NCBI GenBank assembly: GCA_041389145.1 | Contig: JAWKSK010000002.1 | Span: 3,311 to 67,310 of the forward strand | Reading direction: 5' to 3' | DNA: 64,000 nt | Origin: Patescibacteria group bacterium | GTDB lineage: Bacteria > Patescibacteriota > Kazan-3B-28 | Shown: positions 1 to 11,022 of the stretch, one piece after another | Numbering within the stretch: the stretch's first letter is position 1 | Layout of the letters: each line of letters opens with the position of its first letter | The notes under the pieces: generated by a model | The model's database searches: none | What the model was told of the DNA's origin: nothing | The model's input: the letters and a program-made list of their open reading frames with translations, nothing else | Position numbers and translations under genes: made by a program

Positions 1-53
1 TACAACTGTGAGCCCTCCAATTCCGGAATCAAATATTCCTAACATATGATTAA

Positions 54-130
54 TGGTGTCAGGGGTGGGAATCGAACCCACGACCCCAGGCTTATGAGTC
101 CTGTGCTCTAACCATCTGAGCTACCCTGAC
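54..130 (-). tRNA. tRNA with CAT anticodon (probably elongator Met; Ile2 not excluded)
   Basis: Reverse complement GTCAGGGTAGCTCAGATGGTTAGAGC...CTCATAA...GGTTCGATTCCCACCCCTGACACCA; cloverleaf, T-loop, encoded CCA. Confidence 0.9.
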
Positions 131-187
131 AGATTACCAATTTGGTATGTGACTAATAGATACGTTTAGTATAGTAGATAGGTAGCC

Positions 188-1159
188 ATGAAAAAGCAAG
201 AGATTCTCAATCTAGTAAAGGATAAACTTAGTGACTTCGGAGCCATTAATTTGCCGATTGTGGTGGCGGTTTCCGGTGGGGTGGATTCAATGGTTTTATT
301 GGATGCGATTAGACGCGTAATGTTTGAGAAAAATATCACGGTAGTACATGTTAATCACAATTTGAGAAAGAACTCCGCAAAGGATGCAAAGCTGGTAGAG
401 CAATATTGCGAAAATTTTGGTTTGGATTTTAAATTGGTTGAACTTTCTATCCCAAAACCTAAATCTAAAAAAGTAACCCTGGAAGAAAAAGCTAGGGAAT
501 TAAGGTACAAAGCGCTTAGACAAGAAGCCCAAAAGGCCGGTGCTGTTTACATTGTGCTGGCCCATCATGCTAATGATCAGGTGGAAACAGCTTTGTTTAA
601 TATGGTACGTGGCTCAAGCCTGAGAGGGATGGGCGGAATGAAAGAGTGGGCAGGGGATTTGTTAAGACCCTTATTGGGTGTCTGGAAAACAGATTTAGAA
701 AAATATGCAAAGACATATAAGATTAAATACGCGGTTGACGAAACCAACAAAAATATAGATATTACCCGTAACTTTATCAGAAATAAGGTGATTGTTGATT
801 TTGAAAAAATTAATCCTAAGTTTTTAGAGCAAATGCTCAAGACCACGAGCGTGATTCAGTCTGCGGAACAGGCGGTAAGGGATATGGCTCGTTTGCATGT
901 AGCTGCTATGGCGGTGGCTAGTCCTGCTAAGTTAGAGTTTCCAATCTCAAAAATCAGCGAACTTACTCCATTTATGAGAGCCGAGGTGGTAAAGTATGCA
1001 GCAGAGCTGTTAGGGGTGCTAGATGTTGAATGGTCGGCTCGGTTGTTTGAACAAATTGATAAAATGGTTTTTGGGAAAGCAGCTACTAGTAATAAGTCGA
1101 TTGGAAGCAGATTGTTGGTGGCCAAGGCATATGATAAGATATCAATTAGTCTGAAATAA
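188..1159 (+). CDS. tilS: tRNA(Ile)-lysidine synthetase
   Basis: PP-loop [35 protein letters not shown] motifs; directly upstream of ftsH. Confidence 0.95.
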   Translation: MKKQEILNLVKDKLSDFGAINLPIVVAVSGGVDSMVLLDAIRRVMFEKNITVVHVNHNLRKNSAKDAKLVEQYCENFGLDFKLVELSIPKPKSKKVTLEEKARELRYKALRQEAQKAGAVYIVLAHHANDQVETALFNMVRGSSLRGMGGMKEWAGDLLRPLLGVWKTDLEKYAKTYKIKYAVDETNKNIDITRNFIRNKVIVDFEKINPKFLEQMLKTTSVIQSAEQAVRDMARLHVAAMAVASPAKLEFPISKISELTPFMRAEVVKYAAELLGVLDVEWSARLFEQIDKMVFGKAATSNKSIGSRLLVAKAYDKISISLK

Positions 1160-1162
1160 TTC

Positions 1163-2950
1163 ATGAAATCAAGTTTTTCAAAGGTAATGGGATATGTGCT
1201 GGCGATTTTTATCGTTGGGGCTTTGGTGTATAGCTTGTTTGGATATGACTCTAATACACCAGTAGAAATCCCACTTTCTGATGTCATCGCGCAGGTTGAA
1301 TCTGGAAAGGTGGATAAGATTGTAGTTAGTGGTGATGCATTAGAAATCACAACCACTGATGGTAAAGAGTATAAGTCTCGGAAAGAGACTGGTGTTTCTT
1401 TGAACGAAAGTGGGGTTGATACCTCACGGGTTGAAATCCAAGTATTGGATGCCCAATCTGGATATATCTGGGTTAACCTGCTGGGTAGTCTGATTCCATT
1501 CCTACTTATTATTGGATTCCTGTGGTTTATGTTTAGACAAGCACAGGGAACTGGTAACCAAGCAATGTCATTTGGAAGATCTAAGGCTCGTGTGCTGATG
1601 GGCGGAAAGAACCGGGTTACCTTTAAAGATGTTGCTGGTGCCAAGGAGGCAAAACAGGAGTTGGTGGAGGTGGTTGAATTCTTGAAGTATCCAACTAAAT
1701 TCACAGCCCTAGGTGCAAAGATCCCTAAGGGTGTATTGCTCGTGGGTCCTCCAGGAACTGGTAAAACGTTGTTAGCTAAAGCTGTTGCTGGTGAAGCAGG
1801 GGTACCATTCTTTAACATTTCTGGTTCTGAATTCGTTGAAATGTTTGTGGGTGTAGGTGCTTCACGTGTTCGTGATTTATTTGCTCAAGCAAAAAAGAAT
1901 GCTCCGGCAATTGTGTTTGTGGATGAAATTGATGCTGTAGGACGTCAACGTGGTGCAGGGCTTGGCGGTGGACATGATGAAAGAGAACAAACCCTAAACC
2001 AGATTTTGGTTGAGATGGATGGTTTTGAAACTAGTACCAACGTGATTGTGATAGCTGCAACTAACAGGCCAGATGTATTGGATCCTGCCTTGTTGCGCCC
2101 AGGTCGTTTTGACAGACGGGTAGTATTGGACCGTCCTGATATTAAGGACCGTCAGGAAATATTGATGGTACATACCCGGAACAAGCCATTGGATAACTCT
2201 GTTGATTTAGCGAAGATTGCAGCTCAAACTCCAGGTTTTGCCGGTGCTGATTTACAGAACTTAGTTAATGAAGCAGCAATCCTAGCTGCTAGACGAGATC
2301 GTAAAACCATTGGTGCTCAGGAATTTGATGAAGCAATTGAAAAGGTGCTGCTTGGTCCAGAAAGAAAGAATAAGATTTTGTCTGCTAAAGAGCGTGAGAT
2401 TACTGCATATCATGAAGCAGGTCATGCAGTTGTATCACATGTGTTACCTCATGGTGATCCAGTTCATAAGGTCTCGATTATTAGTAGAGGAATGGCACTG
2501 GGATACACATGGAATTTGCCATTAGAAGATAAGCACTTACATTCTAAAGATCAGTTCATCGATACCTTGGCCGGAATGTTGGGAGGAAGAGTGGCTGAGA
2601 AACTTATCTTTAAACACATTACAACCGGTGCTTCTAATGACCTTCAGAAGGTTACAAGATTGGCACGTCAGATGGTAATGAAATATGGAATGAGCGAAAA
2701 GATTGGACCAATTAGTTTGGGTTCAGATCAAGATATGGTATTCCTGGGCAGAGAACTGCATGAGAATAGAGATTATAGTGAGAAGGTGGCGGCTGAGGTT
2801 GATGCTGAAGTGTATGCCATCATTGATGAAGCAGAAAAGTTGGCAGAGAAGGTACTCAAAGAAAACTTAGCTGAATTGAAATCTGTTTCTCATGAGTTGT
2901 TGAAGAAGGAAACTCTGACCCAAGAAGAGTTCGAACACTTCTTTGCCTAG
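1163..2950 (+). CDS. ftsH: ATP-dependent zinc metalloprotease FtsH
   Basis: Two TM helices, [32 protein letters not shown] zinc motif. Confidence 0.98.
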   Translation: MKSSFSKVMGYVLAIFIVGALVYSLFGYDSNTPVEIPLSDVIAQVESGKVDKIVVSGDALEITTTDGKEYKSRKETGVSLNESGVDTSRVEIQVLDAQSGYIWVNLLGSLIPFLLIIGFLWFMFRQAQGTGNQAMSFGRSKARVLMGGKNRVTFKDVAGAKEAKQELVEVVEFLKYPTKFTALGAKIPKGVLLVGPPGTGKTLLAKAVAGEAGVPFFNISGSEFVEMFVGVGASRVRDLFAQAKKNAPAIVFVDEIDAVGRQRGAGLGGGHDEREQTLNQILVEMDGFETSTNVIVIAATNRPDVLDPALLRPGRFDRRVVLDRPDIKDRQEILMVHTRNKPLDNSVDLAKIAAQTPGFAGADLQNLVNEAAILAARRDRKTIGAQEFDEAIEKVLLGPERKNKILSAKEREITAYHEAGHAVVSHVLPHGDPVHKVSIISRGMALGYTWNLPLEDKHLHSKDQFIDTLAGMLGGRVAEKLIFKHITTGASNDLQKVTRLARQMVMKYGMSEKIGPISLGSDQDMVFLGRELHENRDYSEKVAAEVDAEVYAIIDEAEKLAEKVLKENLAELKSVSHELLKKETLTQEEFEHFFA

Positions 2951-2994
2951 AGTTTAGGCGCCACAATGTAAGGGGAACATTAGTGTGAATCATT

Positions 2995-4569
2995 ATGCTT
3001 AAAAAGCTAATCAATAGAACTTCTACTTTAAAAGAGGCAGCTGCTGTACTAGCAGTTGCTTCTTTGGTTAGTCGTTTGTTTGGAGTGGTAAGGGATAGCG
3101 TAATTGCATCCCATTATGCTGGAGATATATCAGATGCATATTTAGCTGCATTTGTTATCCCAGACTTCATCTTTAATCTTTTGATATTAGGGGCACTGTC
3201 TTCCGCTTTCATTCCAATCTTTACTGGTTATTTGAAGAGGAATGGAGAAGGTAATGATGAAGCTTGGGCACTGGTGAATACGTTGGTAAATGTCGGGGTG
3301 GTAGGTTTGGCCGTGGTGTTACTGGGTGGTGTGATGGCAGCACCGGTTTTAGTAAAGTTTGTTGCTCCGGGATTTGATCCAGGAAAACAAGAAATGGTGA
3401 TTATGATGATGAGAATAATGTTCTTATCTCCATTGTTCTTTGGTTTGAGTAACCTGGCTGGTGGAATCTTAAACTCATTTAAAAACTTCTTAGCTTACTC
3501 GTTAGCCCCAATTTTGTATAACGTGGGTATTATTGTGGGAGCTATCTACTTGGTTCCAATGATGGGATATATTGGTTTGGCATATGGTGTTGTGTTGGGT
3601 GCGTTGATGCATATGTTAATCCAACTGCCAGGAGTATTTAGTTTGGGGTATAAGTATCGGATGCATATAGATTTTAGACATCCGGCATTGAAACGGATGG
3701 CGGTGCTAATGATCCCAAGAACATTAGGGGTAGGGGTGGTGCAGGTAAATACAATTATTAACACGGCAATTGCATCTACATTGGCAGGTGGTGCGGTTTC
3801 GGTATTTAAATGGGCAGATAATCTGCAGAGCGTACCAATTGGAATTTTTGGTGTGTCATTTGCAGTGGCAGTGTTCCCAACCTTAGCGGAAAAATATAGC
3901 TTGCAAAAAATAGGGGAGTTTAGAGAAGACGTGGTGGCAGTTTTGCGGCAGATCTCATTCTTTGTGATTCCTTCGATGATGTTGTATTGGATATTACGTG
4001 CTCAGATTGTGAGACTGGTGTTGGGGTACGGTGCTTTTGACTGGGAGTTTACTAGGTTTACGGTATCAACACTGGCATTCTTCACCTTCGGTATGCTGGC
4101 TCAGTCGGTAATCCATTTATTGGCAAGATCGTTCTATGCATTGCATGACACCAAAACTCCACTGCTTGTTAGTTTGGGTGTGGTGTTAATTAATGCTGGG
4201 TTAGCATGGGAGTTATCACGATACTGGGGAGTTATTGGATTGGCAGGAGCAATTTCGATATCTGCCACAATTAATGCCGTGGTATTGTTTGGATTGTTGG
4301 CAAAAAGGTTAGGGGGTATGCCATGGTCTGAAATATTTGGATATTTAGGCAGAGTGATTTTGGCTAGCTTGGGAATGGGTGCAGTTGCTTACACGATGTT
4401 GAGGGTAGTTGATTTGATAGTGGTAACCCATACGTTTGTAGGTATTTTAAGTCAGACATTAATTACAGTATTGGTTGCAATCTTTGCCTACTTGGCGATG
4501 GCCAAACTATTAGCACTACCAGAAATGCAAATGATTGTGGGTCCGATTAGACGGATGGTTAGGAAATAA
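2995..4569 (+). CDS. murJ: Lipid II flippase MurJ (MviN)
   Basis: SRLFGVVRD, DAYLAAFVIPD, GALSSAFIP, RSFYALHDTKTP; polytopic membrane protein. Confidence 0.93.
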   Translation: MLKKLINRTSTLKEAAAVLAVASLVSRLFGVVRDSVIASHYAGDISDAYLAAFVIPDFIFNLLILGALSSAFIPIFTGYLKRNGEGNDEAWALVNTLVNVGVVGLAVVLLGGVMAAPVLVKFVAPGFDPGKQEMVIMMMRIMFLSPLFFGLSNLAGGILNSFKNFLAYSLAPILYNVGIIVGAIYLVPMMGYIGLAYGVVLGALMHMLIQLPGVFSLGYKYRMHIDFRHPALKRMAVLMIPRTLGVGVVQVNTIINTAIASTLAGGAVSVFKWADNLQSVPIGIFGVSFAVAVFPTLAEKYSLQKIGEFREDVVAVLRQISFFVIPSMMLYWILRAQIVRLVLGYGAFDWEFTRFTVSTLAFFTFGMLAQSVIHLLARSFYALHDTKTPLLVSLGVVLINAGLAWELSRYWGVIGLAGAISISATINAVVLFGLLAKRLGGMPWSEIFGYLGRVILASLGMGAVAYTMLRVVDLIVVTHTFVGILSQTLITVLVAIFAYLAMAKLLALPEMQMIVGPIRRMVRK

Positions 4570-4601
4570 AAAAACCTTCCTCGATGGGGCTTCGAGGAAG
4601 G
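4568..4601 (-). terminator. Intrinsic terminator between convergent murJ and orphan
   Basis: CCTTCCTCGA/TCGAGGAAGG stem preceded by an A-run (U-tract on minus strand). Confidence 0.7.
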
Positions 4602-4627
4602 CGGTCAACTGATCCATTGACCAGTGG

Positions 4628-5161
4628 TCACTCATCGTTGGCCTGTGGAATGGTACAGGTCATCGTGAGTAGTTGGTTGGGGTATCCTTTGTCATAGGCA
4701 ACAGCATGTTTTAATGCTGTGTTGAGCATGGCACCATCACCCCTGGGAAGAATTAGGATCATCTCTATCCACCTGCTGGTTTCTTCTTCCCATGAATGCC
4801 ATTGCTTGATAGCAAGGTATCCAGTGTTACCGTCGTATTTCTGGATGGTGATGCCACCCTTTGTACAGCGGTAGGTTTTGGGGTCACCGAAGATTGATAC
4901 TTTGACGTACTTGCCGTCGTAAGTCATCTGTTCGATTGCCCCATGGACTACAGGTGTCCAGAAATTTCTCTCGGGCAACTGCGCGCTGCCTTTGCCATCC
5001 AGGAAGTCCTGGAGGATGGAGGTTTCGGCTGGGTCGGTGTTGTACTCTTCCCAGGCGACATTGATTCTTCTGCCATAGGCAGAAGCAGCAATAAGGATCA
5101 CAATGAAGATGATCCACTTGATTGTTCTGCTCTTGGGTCTTCTGACCTTTGAACCTCTCAT
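4628..5161 (-). CDS. Orphan protein with N-terminal membrane anchor
   Basis: ORF track 4628..5215; ATG at 5161 after AAGGGGA preferred; basic N-terminus followed by hydrophobic WIIFIVILIAASA. Confidence 0.7.
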   Translation of the reverse strand: MRGSKVRRPKSRTIKWIIFIVILIAASAYGRRINVAWEEYNTDPAETSILQDFLDGKGSAQLPERNFWTPVVHGAIEQMTYDGKYVKVSIFGDPKTYRCTKGGITIQKYDGNTGYLAIKQWHSWEEETSRWIEMILILPRGDGAMLNTALKHAVAYDKGYPNQLLTMTCTIPQANDE

Positions 5162-5268
5162 TAGATTTCCCCTTTGCTTCCACCCAGTTCCTGGGTAGGG
5201 AAGCGATAATCTCAACCCTTTTGAAAGTTCATTGGTAGTGCTAGAATTGCATTACCAATCTCGCTTTG

Positions 5269-5297
5269 ATTATACACTAATTATTGGTTCTTGTCAA
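5269..5297 (-). promoter_or_regulatory. Consensus sigma70 promoter for the orphan
   Basis: TTGACA-17 nt-TATAAT on the minus strand. Confidence 0.8.
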
Positions 5298-5331
5298 TGA
5301 AAATCCGCTCTGGTACACTGTTTTTAAGGAT

Positions 5332-7104
5332 ATGAAAGACATTAGAAATTTCTGTATTATTGCCCATATTGACCACGGTAAATCTACCTTGGCAGATAGA
5401 CTATTGGAAAAGACCGAAACAGTAACTGCTCGAGAAATGAAAGAGCAGCTTTTGGATACTATGGATTTGGAGCGGGAAAGAGGGATTACTATCAAGCTTC
5501 AGCCTGTAAGGATGAAGTATAAAGGGTATACCTTGAATTTGATTGATACCCCTGGTCACGTAGATTTTACATATGAGGTTTCAAGGTCTTTGGCCGCTGT
5601 TGAAGGCGCAATTTTGCTAGTAGATGCAACCCAAGGAATTGAAGCTCAAACCTTAGCAAACTTGAACTTGGCTTTAGAGCATGATTTAGAAATTATTCCA
5701 GCAATTAATAAGATTGATTTACCGGCAGCTGATCCGGAAAGAATCATCAATGAACTTGAATCTGTGATTGGAATTAAGAGAGAGGAAGTACTGTTGGTTT
5801 CTGGTAAGACTGGGGATGGGGTAATGGAGCTTTTGGATGCGGTGGTAGAAAGAGTTCCTGAACCAAAGGGGAATGAAAGTGCTGAACTGAGAGGATTGGT
5901 ATTTGATTCATACTTTGATCCATTCCGTGGAGTAGTAGCATATGTGCGCATTATGGATGGTGAGATTAAGTCTGGCCAGAAGATTAGAATGATGGCATCT
6001 GGAGCAGAAGCAGAGGTAATGGAAACAGGATTCTTCATGCCAAAGTTAACCAAACAAAATGAACTTGAAACAGGTCAGATTGGGTATGTGGCAACTGGAT
6101 TAAAAGAGGTAAGTAAGGTGCGCGTTGGTGATACTATCACTGGTGTTGCAGAAAACCCTAGTCCATTGCCCGGATACAAGCCGGCCGCTCCATTTGTATA
6201 TGCTGGGTTGTTTACAGTTGATAATGCAGACTTTCCTCAATTGCGTGAGGCATTGGATAAGTTGCAGTTGAGTGATTCTGCTCTGGTATTTGAACCGGAA
6301 AGTTCTCCAGCATTAGGGTTTGGATTCCGGTGTGGATTTTTGGGCTTGTTGCACATGGAGATTGTGCAAGAAAGATTGGAGCGTGAATTTAATTTAGACT
6401 TAGTAACAACAACTCCAAGTGTAAGTTACAAAATTGTGACTGCACGTGGGCATGAAGAAAAAACAATTCATAATCCTACTGAACTACCTGAGTCTAACTT
6501 TTATATTTCCATCTCAGAACCTTGGATTAAGTTAGAGATTGTGACACCTAATAGTTATCTTGGTGGAGTGATGCAGTTAATCCAGGGAAGACGTGGGGTG
6601 CAGGTCGATATTAAGTATTTAGATGCAGATCGAGTACTGGCTATCTATGAGATTCCATTAGCATCCGTTATCACCGATTTTTATGATCAGTTAAAAAGTA
6701 TTAGCTCCGGGTATGCTTCTTTGACCTATGAAATGATTGGGTTTAGAGAAGGGGATTTGGTAAAGGTGGATGTGCTATTAAATGGTGATGTAGTAGATAC
6801 CTTGTCAGTGATTGTGCACAAGAGTGAAGTGCAAAGGATTGGCAACCAGGTAACTACTAAGTTGAAAGAACTGTTGCCCAAGCAGAGCTTTAAGATTGTG
6901 ATTCAAGCAGCTATTGGTGGCAGAATTATTTCGAGATCAGAAATTGCCCCGTTTAGAAAAGATGTAACAGCTAAACTGTATGGGGGAGATGTAACCCGTA
7001 AAAATAAACTGTTAGACAAACAGAAGAAGGGTAAAAAGCGGATGAAAATGGTGGGTAAGGTGGAAATCCCTCAGGCAGCATTCATGAAAATGCTTGAGAA
7101 GTAG
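5332..7104 (+). CDS. lepA: Elongation factor 4 (LepA)
   Basis: IRNFCIIAHIDHGKSTLADR, ERERGITIK, GFRCGFLGLLH, KLYGGDVTRK; start moved to ATG 5332. Confidence 0.98.
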   Translation: MKDIRNFCIIAHIDHGKSTLADRLLEKTETVTAREMKEQLLDTMDLERERGITIKLQPVRMKYKGYTLNLIDTPGHVDFTYEVSRSLAAVEGAILLVDATQGIEAQTLANLNLALEHDLEIIPAINKIDLPAADPERIINELESVIGIKREEVLLVSGKTGDGVMELLDAVVERVPEPKGNESAELRGLVFDSYFDPFRGVVAYVRIMDGEIKSGQKIRMMASGAEAEVMETGFFMPKLTKQNELETGQIGYVATGLKEVSKVRVGDTITGVAENPSPLPGYKPAAPFVYAGLFTVDNADFPQLREALDKLQLSDSALVFEPESSPALGFGFRCGFLGLLHMEIVQERLEREFNLDLVTTTPSVSYKIVTARGHEEKTIHNPTELPESNFYISISEPWIKLEIVTPNSYLGGVMQLIQGRRGVQVDIKYLDADRVLAIYEIPLASVITDFYDQLKSISSGYASLTYEMIGFREGDLVKVDVLLNGDVVDTLSVIVHKSEVQRIGNQVTTKLKELLPKQSFKIVIQAAIGGRIISRSEIAPFRKDVTAKLYGGDVTRKNKLLDKQKKGKKRMKMVGKVEIPQAAFMKMLEK

Positions 7105-7172
7105 GCTCTAGCATTGATTTTTTATCCAATTTTTGTATAGTACAGTTAGCATATCTATAGTAGAGGTGGTTC

Positions 7173-7478
7173 ATGGATATGGTGTTCTTTCACAGTTCAA
7201 TAATGATAGCGGTTGTAGTTGCTATCCTTGCGTACAGATTTGCAGATGATGTTGTGAGACAGGGATCTGCAAATGCAACTCCTGGGATTAGCACAGGAAG
7301 CGTTTACGGTACCATTGTCTTAACAGTTGTACTTCACTGTTTCATACAGCTCATTCTTTGCATTACTGCAAGAGTAGATCTCACCGGGTACCTGATGATG
7401 GTGCTTCCAGTGATTTCCTTTGTCGCCGGCCTGTGTGTGAAGGGGGTCTTGTATCGCAGAATCAAGATCTCATCGTAA
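7173..7478 (+). CDS. Orphan small membrane protein (about 3 TM)
   Basis: SD GAGGTG, hydrophobic segments, upstream TTGATT-16-TATAGT. Confidence 0.65.
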   Translation: MDMVFFHSSIMIAVVVAILAYRFADDVVRQGSANATPGISTGSVYGTIVLTVVLHCFIQLILCITARVDLTGYLMMVLPVISFVAGLCVKGVLYRRIKISS

Positions 7479-7501
7479 TCTGCAATCATTAGGAGGTTGA
7501 G

Positions 7502-7750
7502 ATGGTTTTTGCAGAGCAGGTTATTGCTGTAGTGATTCTCATCTTCACAGGATGGATAGGAAAACGTTACAGGGATTCAAATGCAGGGTGGACCGAGATA
7601 GTGATATTAACTCTTGGTCTCATGATTATGGTCTCTGTCGGTATCGTAATCTCGGGAATTTCCTGGATTTGGTACTTTGCATCAGCAATTCCAGTCATTT
7701 CCATCGCGGTAATGGATTGGTTGGGGTCACGCACTGTTGTCGGTAAATAA
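7502..7750 (+). CDS. Orphan small membrane protein (about 3 TM)
   Basis: SD AGGAGG, hydrophobic; hairpin terminator at 7780-7803. Confidence 0.65.
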   Translation: MVFAEQVIAVVILIFTGWIGKRYRDSNAGWTEIVILTLGLMIMVSVGIVISGISWIWYFASAIPVISIAVMDWLGSRTVVGK

Positions 7751-7804
7751 AAGCCGACTTCATTATTTGTTCTTCAAATCTAGGGCTTCGGCCCTAGTTT
7801 TTTA

Positions 7805-7831
7805 TTAGCAATATATTGACAAGAGTGCTAA
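7805..7831 (+). promoter_or_regulatory. CIRCE operator (HrcA site) overlapping the -35 box
   Basis: TTAGCAATA-N9-GAGTGCTAA versus consensus TTAGCACTC-N9-GAGTGCTAA; TTGACA inside the spacer; directly upstream of hrcA. Confidence 0.9.
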
Positions 7832-7881
7832 CCAGCGTTAAATTATGAAAGCTATACAACTTTTTTGATGTTAGTTTTTCA

Positions 7882-8586
7882 ATGAACGAACGCCAAAAAC
7901 AAGTACTAAAAGTAATCGTTGAGGAGTTTGTAAAACTCCATGAACCAATTGGTTCAAGCCACGTAGTGGAAATGTTGCCGTTGTCGGTTAGTTCGGCAAC
8001 TATTCGTAATGATATGGCATTGTTGACTGAGGCTGGTTATCTTTCACAGCCACATACTTCTGCTGGAAGGGTTCCTACAGAAGATGGGTATCGGGAATAC
8101 ATTGCCTACACAATGCAGGAGCAAAAAGAGTTATCCCGCAGACAGCAGGAAATTCTGTCTAATCATTTTAAGAAGTTAAGAACGTTACAGGAGAAGTTTA
8201 AAGAAGCTGCAAAGATGCTTTCGGAACTATCCGGTAGCGTTAGTTTGCTAGTGGATGAAACAGATCAGGTGTATATGTCCGGTTTGTCAAAACTCCCGCA
8301 ACTACCAGAGTTTAGGGATAGTGATTTTGGAGAAGAGTTCATGAGTCTGTTAGAGGATCCAGCGACCAGAATGAAAGGATTGGTGGAGGCAGATATGGAA
8401 AATGCCCATCCTCGAATCTTGTTGGGTTCAGATAACCCGGTGAATGGAAAAACTTCAATTGTGATTACTAGATTTGGTCCAAATGGTAAGAAGGTAATCT
8501 CAGTAGTTGGGCCGGTACGAATGCATTATGGGAAAACAATACCGGCATTGGAATATATAAAGAAGATATTGGATGAGGAGGTGTAA
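7882..8586 (+). CDS. hrcA: Heat-inducible repressor HrcA (short form)
   Basis: SSATIRNDM, QPHTSAGRVPTEDGYR, VVGPVRMHY. Confidence 0.93.
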   Translation: MNERQKQVLKVIVEEFVKLHEPIGSSHVVEMLPLSVSSATIRNDMALLTEAGYLSQPHTSAGRVPTEDGYREYIAYTMQEQKELSRRQQEILSNHFKKLRTLQEKFKEAAKMLSELSGSVSLLVDETDQVYMSGLSKLPQLPEFRDSDFGEEFMSLLEDPATRMKGLVEADMENAHPRILLGSDNPVNGKTSIVITRFGPNGKKVISVVGPVRMHYGKTIPALEYIKKILDEEV

Positions 8587-9050
8587 TGGATCAAGATAAT
8601 TTGCAACCAGAAGAAAATCAGGAACAGCCACAAGCAGAAAAGCAGATTGATTGGGAAGACGTTGCCAAAAGAGCCTTAGCCGATTTGGATAACTATAAGA
8701 AAGAAGCTGAACTACGTAATGCTGATATGGTGGAATTTCTAAAGGCAGGAACAGTCGTAAAATTTATGGATATCTATGACGACTTAAAGCGAGCAACGGA
8801 ATTTGTATCTGACGAACAAGCAAAAGCAGGTCTAATAGAAGTAGCGAAGAAATTTAAAGGTATTTTGCATTCGGATGGGTTGGAAGAGATAGATGTAGCA
8901 GTCGGTGAGTTGTTTGATCCAAACCTGGCAGAGGCAATCTCTCATGAAGAACATGAAGTGGGAGAAGGGAAGGTTATAGAAACAGTAGAAGTTGGTTTAA
9001 AGGTTGGAGGACGGGTGATAAAGCCAGCAAAAGTAAGAGTAGGTAAATAA
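8586..9050 (+). CDS. grpE: Nucleotide exchange factor GrpE
   Basis: RALADLDNYKK, FDPNLAEAI, RVIKPAKVRV; operon position. Confidence 0.93.
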   Translation: MDQDNLQPEENQEQPQAEKQIDWEDVAKRALADLDNYKKEAELRNADMVEFLKAGTVVKFMDIYDDLKRATEFVSDEQAKAGLIEVAKKFKGILHSDGLEEIDVAVGELFDPNLAEAISHEEHEVGEGKVIETVEVGLKVGGRVIKPAKVRVGK

Positions 9051-9062
9051 AGGAGAATCAAT

Positions 9063-11000
9063 ATGGGAAAAATAATTGGAATTGACTTAGGAACTACAAA
9101 CTCAGCTGTTGCTGTGATGCGTGGTGGTAAAGCAGAAATTATTCCATCATCAGAAGGTGGAAGAACTGTACCATCAATTGTAGCTATGAATAAGAATGGT
9201 GAGGTATTGGTTGGTCAGGTGGCAAAGCGCCAGGCGGTAACCAATGCTGAGAACACTATCTTTTCGGCTAAGAGGTTTATCGGAAGACGATTCTCAGATC
9301 CAGAGGTACAAAAGGATGTGAAGCTAATGCCATATACCCTAAAAGAGGGTCCAGGTGATTCGGTGATGATTAAGATGGGTGATAAGGATTATCGTCCAGC
9401 AGAAATCTCCGCCAAGGTACTTATGAAGATTAAGGCAGATGCAGAATCGTTCTTGGGTGAACCAGTGACCGAGGCTGTAATCACAGTGCCTGCTTACTTT
9501 GATGACTCTCAGCGTCAGGCTACTAAGGATGCAGGTAAGATCGCTGGCTTAGAGGTAAAAAGAATTATCAACGAACCGACTGCTGCCACTTTGGCATATG
9601 GTTTGGAGAGCAAGAAGAATGAAAAGGTGGTCATTTATGACCTTGGTGGTGGAACCTTCGATGTCTCGGTCTTAGAGATTGGTGATACCGATGGTGAATC
9701 AGTGTTCGAAGTAAAAGCTACCAATGGTGATACTCACTTAGGAGGTGATGACTTCGATCAGAAGATCATTGACTGGATTATCGATGAGTTCAAAAAGTCA
9801 GAAGGTGTTGATTTGCGTGAGGATAAGTTGGCATTACAACGCTTGAAGGAGGCTGGAGAAAAAGCAAAACAAGAACTCTCCAGTTCTAGTGAAACAGAAA
9901 TTAACATTCCGTTTGTGACAGCTGATGCATCGGGACCAAAGCACTTAAACATGAAGTTGACTCGTTCCCAGTTGGAACAGTTAGTTGGCGATTTAATTGA
10001 TAGAACTATCGAACCTATTAAGAAAGCTTTGGATGATGCTGGTCTACAAAAGGGTGATATCAACGAAATCATCTTGGTGGGTGGTATGACAAGAATGCCT
10101 GCAGTACAAGAAGCTGTGAAGAACTTCTTTGGAAAAGAACCAAATAAGAGCGTAAACCCAGATGAGGCAGTAGCAATCGGGGCTGCTATTCAGGGTGGTG
10201 TGTTGCAGGGCGATGTAAAAGATGTGTTGTTGTTGGATGTGACTCCATTATCCTTGGGACTGGAAACTATGGGTGGGGTAGCTACCAAGTTAATTACTCG
10301 TAACACCACAATTCCAACCAGTAAGTCACAGATTTTCTCGACTGCTGCAGATAACCAACCATCAGTAGAAATTCATGTGGTTCAGGGTGAGCGTGAAATG
10401 GCAGCTGATAACAAATCATTAGGTAGATTTGTATTGGATGGTATTCCACCAGCACCTCGTGGTGTTCCACAAGTTGAAGTTACCTTTGATATTGATGCCA
10501 ATGGTATCTTGAACGTAAAGGCGGTGGATAAAGGAACTGGAAAGGAACAGAAGATTACTATCACTGGTTCTTCTGGACTGTCTGCCGATGAGGTGGAAAG
10601 AATGGCAAAAGAAGCTGAAGCACATGCCGAGGAAGATAAGAAACGCAAAGAAGCAGTTGATGCTAGAAATAATGCAGACAGTTTGGTCTACACAGCTGAA
10701 AAAGCACTCAAGGATGCAGGAGATAAAGTAGATGCTGCAACAAGAGAACAGATTGAAGGCAAGGTTTCTGCGGTTAAATCTTTACTAGACGAAGAGAACC
10801 CAGATACCGAGGCTCTAAAGAAAGCAACAGAAGAGTTGTCTGCCGAAATACAAAAAGTTGGACAGGCGATGTATAGCCAAGATCAGGCTGGTGCTGCAGA
10901 GCAGGGACCTGAAGCTGGAGCTAAAGACGCCGATATCGAACAAGAACCTTCACAAGACGATACCAGTTCCACAGATGAGACTGGTGATGAATCGAAATAA
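9063..11000 (+). CDS. dnaK: Chaperone DnaK
   Basis: [30 protein letters not shown]. Confidence 0.99.
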   Translation: MGKIIGIDLGTTNSAVAVMRGGKAEIIPSSEGGRTVPSIVAMNKNGEVLVGQVAKRQAVTNAENTIFSAKRFIGRRFSDPEVQKDVKLMPYTLKEGPGDSVMIKMGDKDYRPAEISAKVLMKIKADAESFLGEPVTEAVITVPAYFDDSQRQATKDAGKIAGLEVKRIINEPTAATLAYGLESKKNEKVVIYDLGGGTFDVSVLEIGDTDGESVFEVKATNGDTHLGGDDFDQKIIDWIIDEFKKSEGVDLREDKLALQRLKEAGEKAKQELSSSSETEINIPFVTADASGPKHLNMKLTRSQLEQLVGDLIDRTIEPIKKALDDAGLQKGDINEIILVGGMTRMPAVQEAVKNFFGKEPNKSVNPDEAVAIGAAIQGGVLQGDVKDVLLLDVTPLSLGLETMGGVATKLITRNTTIPTSKSQIFSTAADNQPSVEIHVVQGEREMAADNKSLGRFVLDGIPPAPRGVPQVEVTFDIDANGILNVKAVDKGTGKEQKITITGSSGLSADEVERMAKEAEAHAEEDKKRKEAVDARNNADSLVYTAEKALKDAGDKVDAATREQIEGKVSAVKSLLDEENPDTEALKKATEELSAEIQKVGQAMYSQDQAGAAEQGPEAGAKDADIEQEPSQDDTSSTDETGDESK

Positions 11001-11022
11001 ATAATACACTGGGTAAGTAAAT

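Noticed and set aside
54-1159. CAT-anticodon tRNA next to tilS as an enzyme-substrate (tRNA-Ile2) pair
   Set aside because: The acceptor stem has A4 and G5 rather than the C4-G69/C5-G68 pairs used by E. coli TilS, and the anticodon arm resembles elongator Met. An isotype model would be needed to support Ile2.
856-1818. Long antisense ORF over tilS/ftsH and similar antisense ORFs over dnaK, tig, rplJ, rplL, secD and the PBP gene
   Set aside because: Shadow frames of conserved genes caused by codon bias; no independent expression signals.
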